A stretch of 57,790 nt of DNA from Candidatus Sericytochromatia bacterium. Lineage in GTDB: Bacteria > Cyanobacteriota > Sericytochromatia > S15B-MN24 > UBA4093. The DNA lies in contig JAKFCT010000101.1 in NCBI GenBank assembly GCA_036676495.1, forward strand, positions 1 through 57,790. The letters are read 5' to 3'. This document shows, piece by piece, positions 29,487 through 38,689 of this stretch. How positions within the stretch are numbered: position 1 is the first letter of the stretch; every line of letters starts with the position of its first letter. The notes under the pieces were generated by a model. That model made no database searches, was not told the origin of the DNA, and worked only from the letters and a program-made list of their open reading frames with translations. The translations under genes were made by a program, and so were the position numbers.

Positions 29487-30254
29487 TCAATCGAGCGGGA
29501 AATCCTTCCAGAGCCACATCGGGAGGAGCTTGGTCTTGTTCGACAGGAAGCGGACCAGCGCCAGCCGGATGGGATTGACGCTGGGCGGCATGATCTGCGG
29601 CCCCTCTTCCGAGAGGGCGGTATTCAGCGCCGTGGCTTGCTTCTCGCAGGCATAGAGATGCGATTCCTTGCGTCCCGAGCGAATCACGCTGAAGAGGCCG
29701 AAGGTCCGGCAGACGATGGGGCGAGCCGGATAGATCGTGCAGCGATCGTTGACGAGAAAGGGGCAGGCCAGGGGAAGGCCCTCGGGCCGGGAGGTCACCG
29801 GCAGGGGGAAGGTCATCAGGAGATCGAGGATCCAGAGCTTGAGGCGGTAGGGCCCGAAGCGCTCAAGGAAGCGCGCGTGGAAGGCCCTGCGCTCTTGGCG
29901 GGTCCAGGTCGTCTGGAGGTGGCGGCGGATCACGTCCCACTCGGCCCGGTCGATGTCGAAGAGGCCCACCGGGTAGTGGCAGCAGGCCGAGCACCCGGCC
30001 CCGCAGAGAGATTCGGGGTAGGCCTGCTGGACGGCGGCCGCGAGCCGATCGGTCACGGCGAAGAGGTCGCGTTCATCCCCGGTGACGCCCATGTTGGAGA
30101 CCCGCGGGAGATCGTGCCTGGCCGCCTCCATGGCGGCGCTCAAGGGGTGCTCCTCCTGGGTGAGGCTCGCCAGGACCCCCTCGAACGGGATCGGCTCCGC
30201 CGCGGGCAGGGGGGGAGGTTTCAGGCGATCATGGCGCTTGAGGCGGCCGAACAT
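29487..30254 (-). CDS. YkgJ/CxxCxxCC cysteine-cluster protein (paralog 2)
   Basis: CGAGCSACC, ACPFL...CTIYPARPIVCRTFG; start uncertain (30254-30305). Confidence 0.82.
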   Translation of the reverse strand: MFGRLKRHDRLKPPPLPAAEPIPFEGVLASLTQEEHPLSAAMEAARHDLPRVSNMGVTGDERDLFAVTDRLAAAVQQAYPESLCGAGCSACCHYPVGLFDIDRAEWDVIRRHLQTTWTRQERRAFHARFLERFGPYRLKLWILDLLMTFPLPVTSRPEGLPLACPFLVNDRCTIYPARPIVCRTFGLFSVIRSGRKESHLYACEKQATALNTALSEEGPQIMPPSVNPIRLALVRFLSNKTKLLPMWLWKDFPLD

Positions 30255-30388
30255 GGGGCGAATCACGACTCCGTCCGAGGCAAGGGATCCGACGCAGTGT
30301 AGCATGGGATCGCCGGGGACTCGCCAAACGCTTCATAGAACGTTACAATCATGGCCGTGAGCCATGATCGCTTCGAGGAGGTGCCCGC

Positions 30389-30724
30389 ATGTCCCAGGGA
30401 TTCGACGTCAACCAAGGCATCTACACGCTGACCACGCCGGACGAGGACGAGTTCATCATCGCGCGCGACACCGAGGGGGTGCCGGTGGCCCTCTTCTTCA
30501 CCAGCCAGGACAAGGCCGAGAAGTACCTGCAGGCGATGAAGAAGACCCAGGCCAAGGTCCTGCACCTGGAAGGTCGCGACGGCGTCCTGGAGCTCACCGA
30601 GGATCTGCTCGACGGGGGAGTGAAGGAAGCCTTTCTCGATCAGGCCCCGCGCACCCGGAAGCCGACCGTGCTCGACCTCGAGGACTGGCTGTCGAAGCAG
30701 CCCGAATACCAGGAGAGCGTCTAG
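30389..30724 (+). CDS. Hypothetical protein
   Basis: GAGGAGGT RBS, strong codon bias, LFFTSQDKAEKY motif. Confidence 0.75.
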   Translation: MSQGFDVNQGIYTLTTPDEDEFIIARDTEGVPVALFFTSQDKAEKYLQAMKKTQAKVLHLEGRDGVLELTEDLLDGGVKEAFLDQAPRTRKPTVLDLEDWLSKQPEYQESV

Positions 30725-30752
30725 CGCCTGCGGCTAACGCCGGGAAAGGGGT

Positions 30753-31742
30753 TCAGACCAGGAGCCGATCGGCCTCCAGGCGGCCCGAGCGCGGGGCGGG
30801 AGCGCTCTCTCCCAGGCGGAACAAGCAAGACACCTGAAGGTCTCCCTCCACGCCGAGCCGCTCGCTCACGAGCCGGCGGCCTTCCGGGGTGTGCAGGGCG
30901 GAGGGAACCGGATGGGTCATCAGGCCGTGGCGGGCCGCATGCAGCCAGACCCGGCTCAGGGCCCGCCCCGCCTGGATCCAGCCCTTCCACTCCCGGGAAT
31001 TGGTCGCCAGCATGCAGATGGCCGGCGCGCTCTGGACCAGGGAGCGCTGCTGCACGGCCAGGGCCCGCTGCGCCAGCTTCATGCGGATCATGCGACTAGG
31101 CGGCAAGACCCGCTGCCAGAGCCCTCCCCAGGTGCCCCCGAGATCCAGCGACGGCACGTCCAGGCCGTCCTCAGCCGGTGCCGAGCGCAGCCAGCGATGG
31201 AACTCCGCATAGCGCTCGGGTTCGTCGAATTGAACGAGGGTTCCGCGGGCGGCTTCGGCGGCGATGCCGGCGATCGCCCCGCGATCCGTCGTGTGAAACA
31301 GCCAGCATCCGGCAGAAGCGGCAGCGGCCTGCAACTCGTCCAGCACTCCCGCGGGCAACTGCGCGTTGCGATAGGGCTTGCGGCTCGTCTGCCGGGTCTG
31401 CAAGTAAGGGACGAGCGGGCTCGGCCCGCCCGTGCGCGGGAAGAAGCGGATCTGACCGGCGATGAAGCCCAGGTTGGGCTGCGTCCCCTTGAACTCGGGA
31501 GGCACGAACTGGAGATCCAGGCCATGCGCGCTGGCCGCGATGGCCAGGTATTCGATCACGGCCCCCAGGTTCATCATGAGGGCCACGCGCTGGGGATCCG
31601 CCACCGGCAGCTCGGAAGCCGGGTCCCAGCGGACCTCCCAGGCATCCGGCAACGGGCGGAACCGCCACGGCTGGGTGTTGTAGAGACTGGGAGCCCAGCG
31701 GGCAGCTTCGAGCAGGGCGTCGGTGGGTATCGTTACAGGCAT
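30753..31742 (-). CDS. Acg-type nitroreductase-family FMN protein
   Basis: APSLYNTQPW, RQTSRKPY, GRALSRVWL, FRLG. Confidence 0.85.
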   Translation of the reverse strand: MPVTIPTDALLEAARWAPSLYNTQPWRFRPLPDAWEVRWDPASELPVADPQRVALMMNLGAVIEYLAIAASAHGLDLQFVPPEFKGTQPNLGFIAGQIRFFPRTGGPSPLVPYLQTRQTSRKPYRNAQLPAGVLDELQAAAASAGCWLFHTTDRGAIAGIAAEAARGTLVQFDEPERYAEFHRWLRSAPAEDGLDVPSLDLGGTWGGLWQRVLPPSRMIRMKLAQRALAVQQRSLVQSAPAICMLATNSREWKGWIQAGRALSRVWLHAARHGLMTHPVPSALHTPEGRRLVSERLGVEGDLQVSCLFRLGESAPAPRSGRLEADRLLV

Positions 31743-31777
31743 GACTGCTTGATACCCGACCGAGCGTTATTAAAACG

Positions 31778-32296
31778 CTACCTGCGACGCTGGATCCGCT
31801 CCGCTTCCTCGCGGGCCATGGTGACGCGCAGCCCCGCGCCTTCCGCCGCGCCGCGCTCCTCGACCCCGAGGCGGTGCCGGTAGACCAGTTCGCCCCCCAG
31901 CCAGCCGGAATACAACAAGGCCAGGTTCGCGACGATGGTCAGGGTCAACGAGAGCCACCAGTTCGCTCCGGTCGTGGCGGTGGTGTAGAGCCTCACGAGC
32001 AGGTTGATGGCGAAGAGGGTCACGATGCCGAGGTTGAGCACCATGTGGGTGGTCGCCTGGCGCTTGGCCTCCCCCTCCGGAACCACCTTGAGGTAATCCA
32101 TCAACCCTGGAGCGGCGGCCAGCAGGCCCCCGATGATGCCGATTCCCATGGTCCAGGTCGAGAACGAGTACCAGAACGTGTTGTTGGTGCCGGTATAGGC
32201 CAGGTCACCAATCAGCGTCAACAGGAAACACGCGATCGGAATCGGAACCAGCATGGGGTGCAGGGGGTGCTTCGCGATTTCGACGGAACTCTTCAT
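31778..32296 (-). CDS. DUF2231 membrane protein
   Basis: HPLHPMLVPIPI, PGLMDY, HMVLN, GWLGGELVY. Confidence 0.9.
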   Translation of the reverse strand: MKSSVEIAKHPLHPMLVPIPIACFLLTLIGDLAYTGTNNTFWYSFSTWTMGIGIIGGLLAAAPGLMDYLKVVPEGEAKRQATTHMVLNLGIVTLFAINLLVRLYTTATTGANWWLSLTLTIVANLALLYSGWLGGELVYRHRLGVEERGAAEGAGLRVTMAREEAERIQRRR

Positions 32297-32489
32297 CGAC
32301 TGACCCTCCCTGTAAGCGCGACGCGCACGGGCGCGGGACGCGCGAGCGTGGAACCACGCGAGCGTGAGGCCCCCGCGGGCCTGGGGCCCATCCTAGGAGA
32401 ACATGACGCGCTTCACAACGCATGCTCTCGCGCCCGTCCGCCGATAAGGGATTTGCTGTAGGATGAAGTGCCCCCCCCAGAGGAGTCCC

Positions 32490-32915
32490 ATGGACCAGAG
32501 CCGCCGCAAGAAGCCCCCTGCCCAGCCCCCCGCCGACGCCGTCGAGCGCGCCGTGGAGTTCGTGCGCCGCGAGGAGCGCCGCCGCTGCGCCGAGCAAGTT
32601 CGCGAGATGGAAAAGCACTCCTACTTCGAAGGCAAGGAAGAGGGCTACCACGAAGGCTACCGGGCCGGCTACCGCAAGGGCTGGTCCGAAGCCTCCGGAG
32701 ACCCCCGCCTCGCCGAGTTCTACGGCCAAGGCCCCAACGAGCGCGCCTGGGCCCTCGGAGTGCTGCACCTCCCCAGCAACGCGAGTGCCGACGAGATCCA
32801 GAAGGCCTACAAGGATCTCGCCCGCTGGCTGCACCCGGACATCAACCCCAAGCTCGGAGACCGCTACTTCCAGGACCTCTCGCGCGCCAAGGCCCTCCTG
32901 CTCGGTGAAGCTTAA
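32490..32915 (+). CDS. J-domain-containing protein
   Basis: LGVL...IQKAYKDLARWLHPD; preceded by GxxxG repeats; GAGGAG RBS. Confidence 0.75.
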   Translation: MDQSRRKKPPAQPPADAVERAVEFVRREERRRCAEQVREMEKHSYFEGKEEGYHEGYRAGYRKGWSEASGDPRLAEFYGQGPNERAWALGVLHLPSNASADEIQKAYKDLARWLHPDINPKLGDRYFQDLSRAKALLLGEA

Positions 32916-32918
32916 GCC

Positions 32919-33926
32919 ATGCCGAACCCGACCCTCACGCTCCCCGAACCCCGGAGCTACTTCCCCCTCGCGACCGGCCGCTACCTCGTCGAGGCCGGCC
33001 TCAAGATCCTCGGCCAGCAACCCGTCGAAGGCCAGATCGAAAGCGCGTTCTTCCCCATCGATCGGCTCTACGGGCACTACCTGAGCGAGAAACGCCTCTC
33101 GCGCCGGAACCTGGGCCAACACTACGTCACGCACCGGCTGGATCCCGAGACGGCCCGCGACGTCGCCGTTTGGTTAATGGACCGGCTGGTGCTTGAGTCC
33201 CCGGCCTACTTCCAGCGCGAAGGCCTCCGCTTCCGGAACTTGCTCGCCGGCTTCGAGGCCGAAATCGATCCGGACGGGCTACGGGTGGCGGAGTTCCGTC
33301 GCCTGCCGCCGCTCCTCGAAGCGGGCCTCGCCCTCGAACCGGAGGTGGACTTCAAAGGAGCCGACCTGCTGGATTTCCTCGCCTCCCAGCTCTCGGAGGA
33401 TCTCGCCCTCACCGCGTTCGACCCGGCGACCCGCGAGAACTGGCTGAGCTTCCTGCACGTGAGCTTTCCCAATCACTGGGCTCCCGAGAGCAAGATCGGC
33501 AAGGACTTCATGGCCGTGCACGAGCCGGTCGCGGACTTCGAGCGGGTGGCGCGGGCCAGCGACAAGCTGATCGAGGCGATGATAGCCAAGGGACCGTTCA
33601 TCCGGTTCGCCTGGGGCATCGCGACCGATACCCGGCTCAACCACCACCCCGACGCGCCTCCCGGCCGGAAGCTCACGCGCGACGATTCGGAGTCGCTCGG
33701 CGCGAACGTGTTCATGCGCATCGAACGGCAGACGGTCAAGGGCTTCCCCGAGCGCAATGCGGCCCTCTTCACCATCCGGACCACCTTCCGGCCCTTGCAG
33801 GACGTGGCCAGCGATCCGGAGCAGCGGGTTCGCTTGAGGGAGGCGATCGCCACCATGAGCCCCGAAGCCCTGATCTACAAGGGCCTCACCGAGCTTCAAG
33901 CGCCTCTCCTTCGCTACCTGTCATGA
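32919..33926 (+). CDS. DUF3445 / heme-dependent oxidative N-demethylase alpha-like protein
   Basis: EDL, FPNHWAPESKIG...HEPV, RFAWG, RIERQT, LFTIRT, YKG. Confidence 0.85.
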   Translation: MPNPTLTLPEPRSYFPLATGRYLVEAGLKILGQQPVEGQIESAFFPIDRLYGHYLSEKRLSRRNLGQHYVTHRLDPETARDVAVWLMDRLVLESPAYFQREGLRFRNLLAGFEAEIDPDGLRVAEFRRLPPLLEAGLALEPEVDFKGADLLDFLASQLSEDLALTAFDPATRENWLSFLHVSFPNHWAPESKIGKDFMAVHEPVADFERVARASDKLIEAMIAKGPFIRFAWGIATDTRLNHHPDAPPGRKLTRDDSESLGANVFMRIERQTVKGFPERNAALFTIRTTFRPLQDVASDPEQRVRLREAIATMSPEALIYKGLTELQAPLLRYLS

Positions 33927-33928
33927 GA

Positions 33929-33958
33929 AAAGGCCGGCCCCGCGCGGGCCGGCCTCTT
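33929..33958. terminator. Hairpin between convergent genes
   Basis: aggccggccc-cgcgc-gggccggcct flanked by A and T runs. Confidence 0.65.
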
Positions 33959-33969
33959 GGTAGGTCTTC

Positions 33970-35271
33970 CTAGTGCAAGGTGAAGACGTACTCTCTTCCG
34001 GCCATGTCTTCGGGCGTATCTCCGAAGGTGTTCCCATTGAGCATGATGTCGTCCATGGTCGGGATGGAGGACGCCGTGCCAATGGCCTTGATGGCATGCT
34101 TCCCTTCGGGGGCCTCGCGGAACCTGACGTTCTTGATCAGGGGCTTCGCGTAATAGAGGTAAAGCAGGGCCTCGTCATTGCCGCCACCGCACTCGATGAG
34201 CGCGTCCTGGATCACGGTCGTGCCCGTGTTGCCGTCGACGCCGTCTTTGGTGCCGTCCCCCATGTAGAGGCCGATCCACGAGCCGGGGGTCTGGCCGATG
34301 CCCGTGAAGGTGATGGGCGCAGCTTCCGTGCCCACCGCGTAGAGGGCCCCTTGGGTATCCGTGGTATACGCCACATTCAACTCCGCGCCTTGCGCGAATT
34401 CCAGGGTGGTGCCGGCTTGAATGGTCAACACGGGCACGCTGGTCGCGCTCTCGACGAAGGTGCGCCCCTGCATGAAGTAGCCTACTTCGAAGTTACGCCA
34501 GGTCGCGCTCGTGTCGACGGTCTCTCCCTCGACGAAGATCGTCGGCTTGGCATTTTCCTCGAACGTGTTGCCGATGCCGAGCGAGCCGACCTCGTTGGCG
34601 CCGAGGCGGAGGGGATTCTCCGTGGACGTCTTGATGGTGTTGTTCTCGAAGGCCTTGAAGGAAGCATCGCTCCAGAGGCGGACGCCATAGCCCGCGCTCT
34701 CCGAGATCGTGCAGTTTTGGATGGTGGGCTTGTTGTTCTTGCCGTAGACGGTCAAGGCCGCCTCTTCCAAGCCCCCACCCCCCCCGTAGGAGATCTTGCA
34801 GTAGGTCATGACCGAGGATGCCGCCCCGTTGTTGAGGTAGATCGTTCCCCAGTCGCCCTTGGTCGGACTCGAAGCGGCGGAAGTGAAGATGATGGGGAGG
34901 GCGTCAGTGCCCTGGGCCAGCAGAACCCCGCGACTGCCTTCGCTGTAGCCGAAGTTGAGCGAGGCATCCTGCTCGAAGCGCACTTCCGTGCCGGGCTCGA
35001 TGGTCAGGGTGACGCCCTGTTCGGACTCCACGTATACCGTTCCCCGGATGATATGCGGGCCATCGGCCTTCTTCCAGGTCTCGTCCTTGCTGATGGTTCC
35101 CTGGTGGACGTTGCTGGCGGTCTGGTCCTGCTGATCGCCCCCGTTTTGCTGCTGATCTTGCTGTTGCTGCTTGTCACCCCCAACCGAACCGGGGAGTTCG
35201 CAGCCCGCGACCCCCAGCACCAGCATGGTGGCGGCAAACGTGGAAGTCAGGAGTCGTAGGTTCCGTTTCAT
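33970..35271 (-). CDS. Lipoprotein with right-handed beta-helix repeats
   Basis: VAGC lipobox, Gln-rich linker, two LTIxxGT...PIxFT...GxW repeats. Confidence 0.82.
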   Translation of the reverse strand: MKRNLRLLTSTFAATMLVLGVAGCELPGSVGGDKQQQQDQQQNGGDQQDQTASNVHQGTISKDETWKKADGPHIIRGTVYVESEQGVTLTIEPGTEVRFEQDASLNFGYSEGSRGVLLAQGTDALPIIFTSAASSPTKGDWGTIYLNNGAASSVMTYCKISYGGGGGLEEAALTVYGKNNKPTIQNCTISESAGYGVRLWSDASFKAFENNTIKTSTENPLRLGANEVGSLGIGNTFEENAKPTIFVEGETVDTSATWRNFEVGYFMQGRTFVESATSVPVLTIQAGTTLEFAQGAELNVAYTTDTQGALYAVGTEAAPITFTGIGQTPGSWIGLYMGDGTKDGVDGNTGTTVIQDALIECGGGNDEALLYLYYAKPLIKNVRFREAPEGKHAIKAIGTASSIPTMDDIMLNGNTFGDTPEDMAGREYVFTLH

Positions 35272-35486
35272 CGAATCCTCCAAGTTGATAGGAATCCGCT
35301 CGCTTGTTTATAACACGTCCCCCGGGATCGCGGGTATCCTGCGGGAGTACGGAGAGGCGTACGATCCCCGGCCAAAGCAGCCTAGCGAGCGGATTGCATC
35401 CCGGCCTCCGGGGCAGTAGGATGAGGCCGAAGGCGCGAGGCGCGAAGCGTGATCCGGTTGATTGCCCGGAGAGGGGGGATGAGCGC

Positions 35487-36485
35487 ATGAAAGCATCCAC
35501 GAAGGCAATTTTGGGCCTCGGAGGGGCGATCGCGATCCAGCAAGCCCTGCACCGGAGGACCTGGAAAGCGGTGAATCCGCTGGTCAACCAACTGGGGGGA
35601 AGCGAATCCTGGCATGAAACTCCCTACGGCAGCCTGTTCTACACGGTCCGCGGGGAAGGCCCCAGCCTCCTGCTCGTGCATGGGGTCTACGCGGGGGCCA
35701 GTTCCTACGAGTGGAGGTCCAACTTCCAAGCGCTCTCCGAGCGCTTTCGGGTCTATGCGGTGGATCTCTTGGGATTCGGGAAATCTGAGAAACCGGAGGG
35801 CCCCTACTCGCCCGAGCTGATGGAGGCCGCGATCGAGGACTTCGTCCGGCATGTGCCGGGCTGCGGGACGCTGGCGATCGCCGATTCGCTGAGCGCCGCG
35901 TACTGCGTCCACCTGGCGGCCCATCACCCGGAGCTCTTCGGGGGGCTCATCCTGGTCAACCCCACGGGCGTGGTCACGCTGGCCGAGCCTGCGGGACCGC
36001 GCGAGAAAAGGCGCTACCAGTTGCTATCCCTTCCGGTGGTTCGCGAGGCCTTCTACGACACGCTCGCCTCGCGCGCGTCCATCCGGTACTACCTCGAGGA
36101 GAAGACTTACTTCAATCCTCGAAAGGTCGATGACGCAATGATCCGGCACTACTGGACGAGCGCCCACCAACCCGGAGCCGACCTCGCGGCCCGGGCGTTC
36201 GTCTCGGGCCTGCTCAACCGATCGATCGTCGACGCCCTGCCCCGCATCCGGACCTCCACGGGCATCATCTGGGGGGAGCATAACGCGTACCAGCAACTTC
36301 TCCGGGAGGCCGAGGCCTTCGCCAAGCTGGCCCCGCGCGCCCTCAGCCGGGTCCTTCCCGATACCGGCTCCCTGCCTCAGGACGAGGACGGCGCGACGTT
36401 CAACCGCTTCGCGCTCGACTTCTTCGAGGCCATTCCGGCGATCGCCCTGACCGAGGTCGAAGCCTGGGAAGAGGGAGGACTTTAA
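35487..36485 (+). CDS. Alpha/beta-hydrolase fold protein with non-canonical catalytic motifs
   Basis: LLVHG, VYAVDLLGFGKS, IADSLSA, IIWGE, TGSLPQDE. Confidence 0.85.
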   Translation: MKASTKAILGLGGAIAIQQALHRRTWKAVNPLVNQLGGSESWHETPYGSLFYTVRGEGPSLLLVHGVYAGASSYEWRSNFQALSERFRVYAVDLLGFGKSEKPEGPYSPELMEAAIEDFVRHVPGCGTLAIADSLSAAYCVHLAAHHPELFGGLILVNPTGVVTLAEPAGPREKRRYQLLSLPVVREAFYDTLASRASIRYYLEEKTYFNPRKVDDAMIRHYWTSAHQPGADLAARAFVSGLLNRSIVDALPRIRTSTGIIWGEHNAYQQLLREAEAFAKLAPRALSRVLPDTGSLPQDEDGATFNRFALDFFEAIPAIALTEVEAWEEGGL

Positions 36486-36559
36486 TTTCAGGTTAAATTC
36501 CTAGCAAGTTCACGTAAAAATCCGCGACAATCGCAGAGGTCATCCAGAAAGGAGCCTCG

Positions 36560-37747
36560 ATGCGATTCGTCCGCCTACTGCCTCTCTCCCTCGCCGCGCT
36601 CATGCTGGCCGGTTGCGGCCTCCCGATCCCCGGCCTTCAGCAGGACGGTTCGCGTCAGATCGCGGCCCGCTCCAGCGACATGCCGCGCGTTCGGCTCTTT
36701 TACCGGAACAAAGCCCAGCTGGATCGGCTGGTGGGGTTGGGTATGGACATCCATACCGTCCAGCCCGGGTACGTGGAGGGCTTCCTGGACGAGCAATCCC
36801 GGATCTACGCGGCGGGTCAGGGCCTTCGCGCCGTCACCTTGCCCGGCACCCTGGTGGATAGCCTTCCTGCCGGCTACCAGAGCTACGAAGCGCTCACCGA
36901 GAACCTGAAGGGACTCGCGGCGACGTACCCCAAGCTCGCCACGCTGGAGGATGCCGGGGACTCGTGGGAGACGCAGCAGGGCAAGGCGCGGCGTGACGTC
37001 TGGGCGCTGAAGATCACGGCGCGCCCGGATCAGGAGCTGCCGGCGGCGCTCTTCAGCGGCGGGCACCACTCGCGCGAGCTGGCGCCGGTGGAGATCTCGT
37101 ATCGCCTGGCGAAGCTCTTGCTGGAAGGCTACGGGAAGGATCCCCAGATCACCCGCATGCTGGAGAGCCGCGAGGTCTGGATCGTGCCCATGGTGAACCC
37201 GGACGGGCGTTCGCGGGTCGAGGGCGGGGACATGTTCTGGCGCAAGAACGTGCATCCGTTCAGCGCGGGCGTGGGAGTGGATCTCAACCGCAACTACGAC
37301 GCCTACTGGGAGCAGGGGGACGCGTCCCCGCGCAAGGAGACGTTCCGGGGCGAAGCAGCCTTCTCGGAGCCCGAGACCCAGGCCATCCGGAACCTCTTCT
37401 CCAAGCGGAAGTTCGGCACCTGGATGGATTACCATGCGTACGGCAACGCGACCATCTGGCCGCCCGGCTACTCCCGCGATCTCAGCCCCGATGACGCCGT
37501 CTTCCGGGATCTGGGCAAGAAGATGACCGCCACGAACGGCTACAGCGCCGACACCATCGCCCGCACGTTCTACCTCTCCTACGGCTCCGGGCTGGACTGG
37601 GCCTACACCCGCTTCGGCACGCTGGGTTTCTGCACCGAGATGGGCACGAGCTTCCACCCCAGCTTCAAGGAGGTCGATCGCCTCTTCGAGGAGCAGAAAG
37701 CGGGAGCGTTCCTGCTGATCGAGGCGGCCAACCGGCGCCTGAAGTAA
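36560..37747 (+). CDS. M14 zinc carboxypeptidase (carboxypeptidase T-like) lipoprotein
   Basis: LAGC lipobox, HHSRE, NPDG, WRKN, GVDLNRN, FSEPET, DYHAY. Confidence 0.92.
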   Translation: MRFVRLLPLSLAALMLAGCGLPIPGLQQDGSRQIAARSSDMPRVRLFYRNKAQLDRLVGLGMDIHTVQPGYVEGFLDEQSRIYAAGQGLRAVTLPGTLVDSLPAGYQSYEALTENLKGLAATYPKLATLEDAGDSWETQQGKARRDVWALKITARPDQELPAALFSGGHHSRELAPVEISYRLAKLLLEGYGKDPQITRMLESREVWIVPMVNPDGRSRVEGGDMFWRKNVHPFSAGVGVDLNRNYDAYWEQGDASPRKETFRGEAAFSEPETQAIRNLFSKRKFGTWMDYHAYGNATIWPPGYSRDLSPDDAVFRDLGKKMTATNGYSADTIARTFYLSYGSGLDWAYTRFGTLGFCTEMGTSFHPSFKEVDRLFEEQKAGAFLLIEAANRRLK

Positions 37748-37765
37748 GTATTAAACCGAAGAATC

Positions 37766-37796
37766 GGCCCCCGAGTCTGACTCGGGGGCCTTTTTC
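37766..37796 (+). terminator. Rho-independent terminator
   Basis: ggcccccgagt-ctg-actcgggggcc followed by a T-run. Confidence 0.85.
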
Positions 37797-37969
37797 AGTT
37801 GCAAGGCGGGTATCGGGGCGATCGCGCCGCGTGGGAGGGAGCGCAATTGTAACGATTGTCCGCTTTTCATGGTGATCCCCGGGCAAAAGTGCTAAAGTTA
37901 ATGATGATTTAATCCCCCTCGCACGCGTTGAACGCCGCCAGTATTCTGAAAGGAGACTTGTCGAGCTCG

Positions 37970-38689
37970 ATGGGCATCCTGACGCGCAACTACTTCCTCT
38001 TGCGGAAGTTACACCAACTGACAGGGGTCATTCCCCTGGGGGCCTACCTGATCGTCCACCTCTTGGTCAACTCCTATGCCATGCAGGGGCAAGAAGCCTT
38101 CATGGCGAAGGTGGAGCTGCTCGAGACCATGCCGTTCCTGCCCGTGGTCGAGTTCACCTTGATCTGGGCGCCCCTGATCTATCACTCGCTCTTCGGCATC
38201 TGGGTGGGCTGGATTGCCAAGAACAACCCCCTGAAGTATCCCTACGCCCGGAACTGGAACTTCGCCCTGCAGCGCTGGACCGGCTTCTTCATGCTGTTCT
38301 TCGTGTTCTGGCACGGGCTCACCCAGCGCTTCCTGATGGGCGATCCGCGTCACGAAGCCTTCTTCAACGTCGTGGAAGTGGTCCAGAACCCGGTCCTCTA
38401 CGCCTTCATGCTGGTGGGCCTGGTGGCCACCGTCTACCACTTCGCCAACGGCCTCTGGGAGTTCTGCATCGACTGGGGCTTCACGGTCTCCATGCGCTCG
38501 CAGTACATCATGGGTTTCGTTTCGATCGTGGTCTTCATCGCCCTGACGGCTGTCGGCTACTTTGCCCTCAACGCGTTCCGGATCGATGAGGTGGCCACCA
38601 ACCACCAGGTTTCTCAGGTGCTTGCAGAGCCGATGGCCGCGCAGGCACCTCTCGTTCTAGTCACGGAAGGGATCACGCATGGACGCTAA
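37970..38689 (+). CDS. sdhC: Succinate dehydrogenase cytochrome b558 subunit (Bacillus-type, 5 TM)
   Basis: RKLHQLTGVIPLG, HLLVN, YHS, QRWTG, WH, YHFANGLW; start uncertain. Confidence 0.9.
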   Translation: MGILTRNYFLLRKLHQLTGVIPLGAYLIVHLLVNSYAMQGQEAFMAKVELLETMPFLPVVEFTLIWAPLIYHSLFGIWVGWIAKNNPLKYPYARNWNFALQRWTGFFMLFFVFWHGLTQRFLMGDPRHEAFFNVVEVVQNPVLYAFMLVGLVATVYHFANGLWEFCIDWGFTVSMRSQYIMGFVSIVVFIALTAVGYFALNAFRIDEVATNHQVSQVLAEPMAAQAPLVLVTEGITHGR

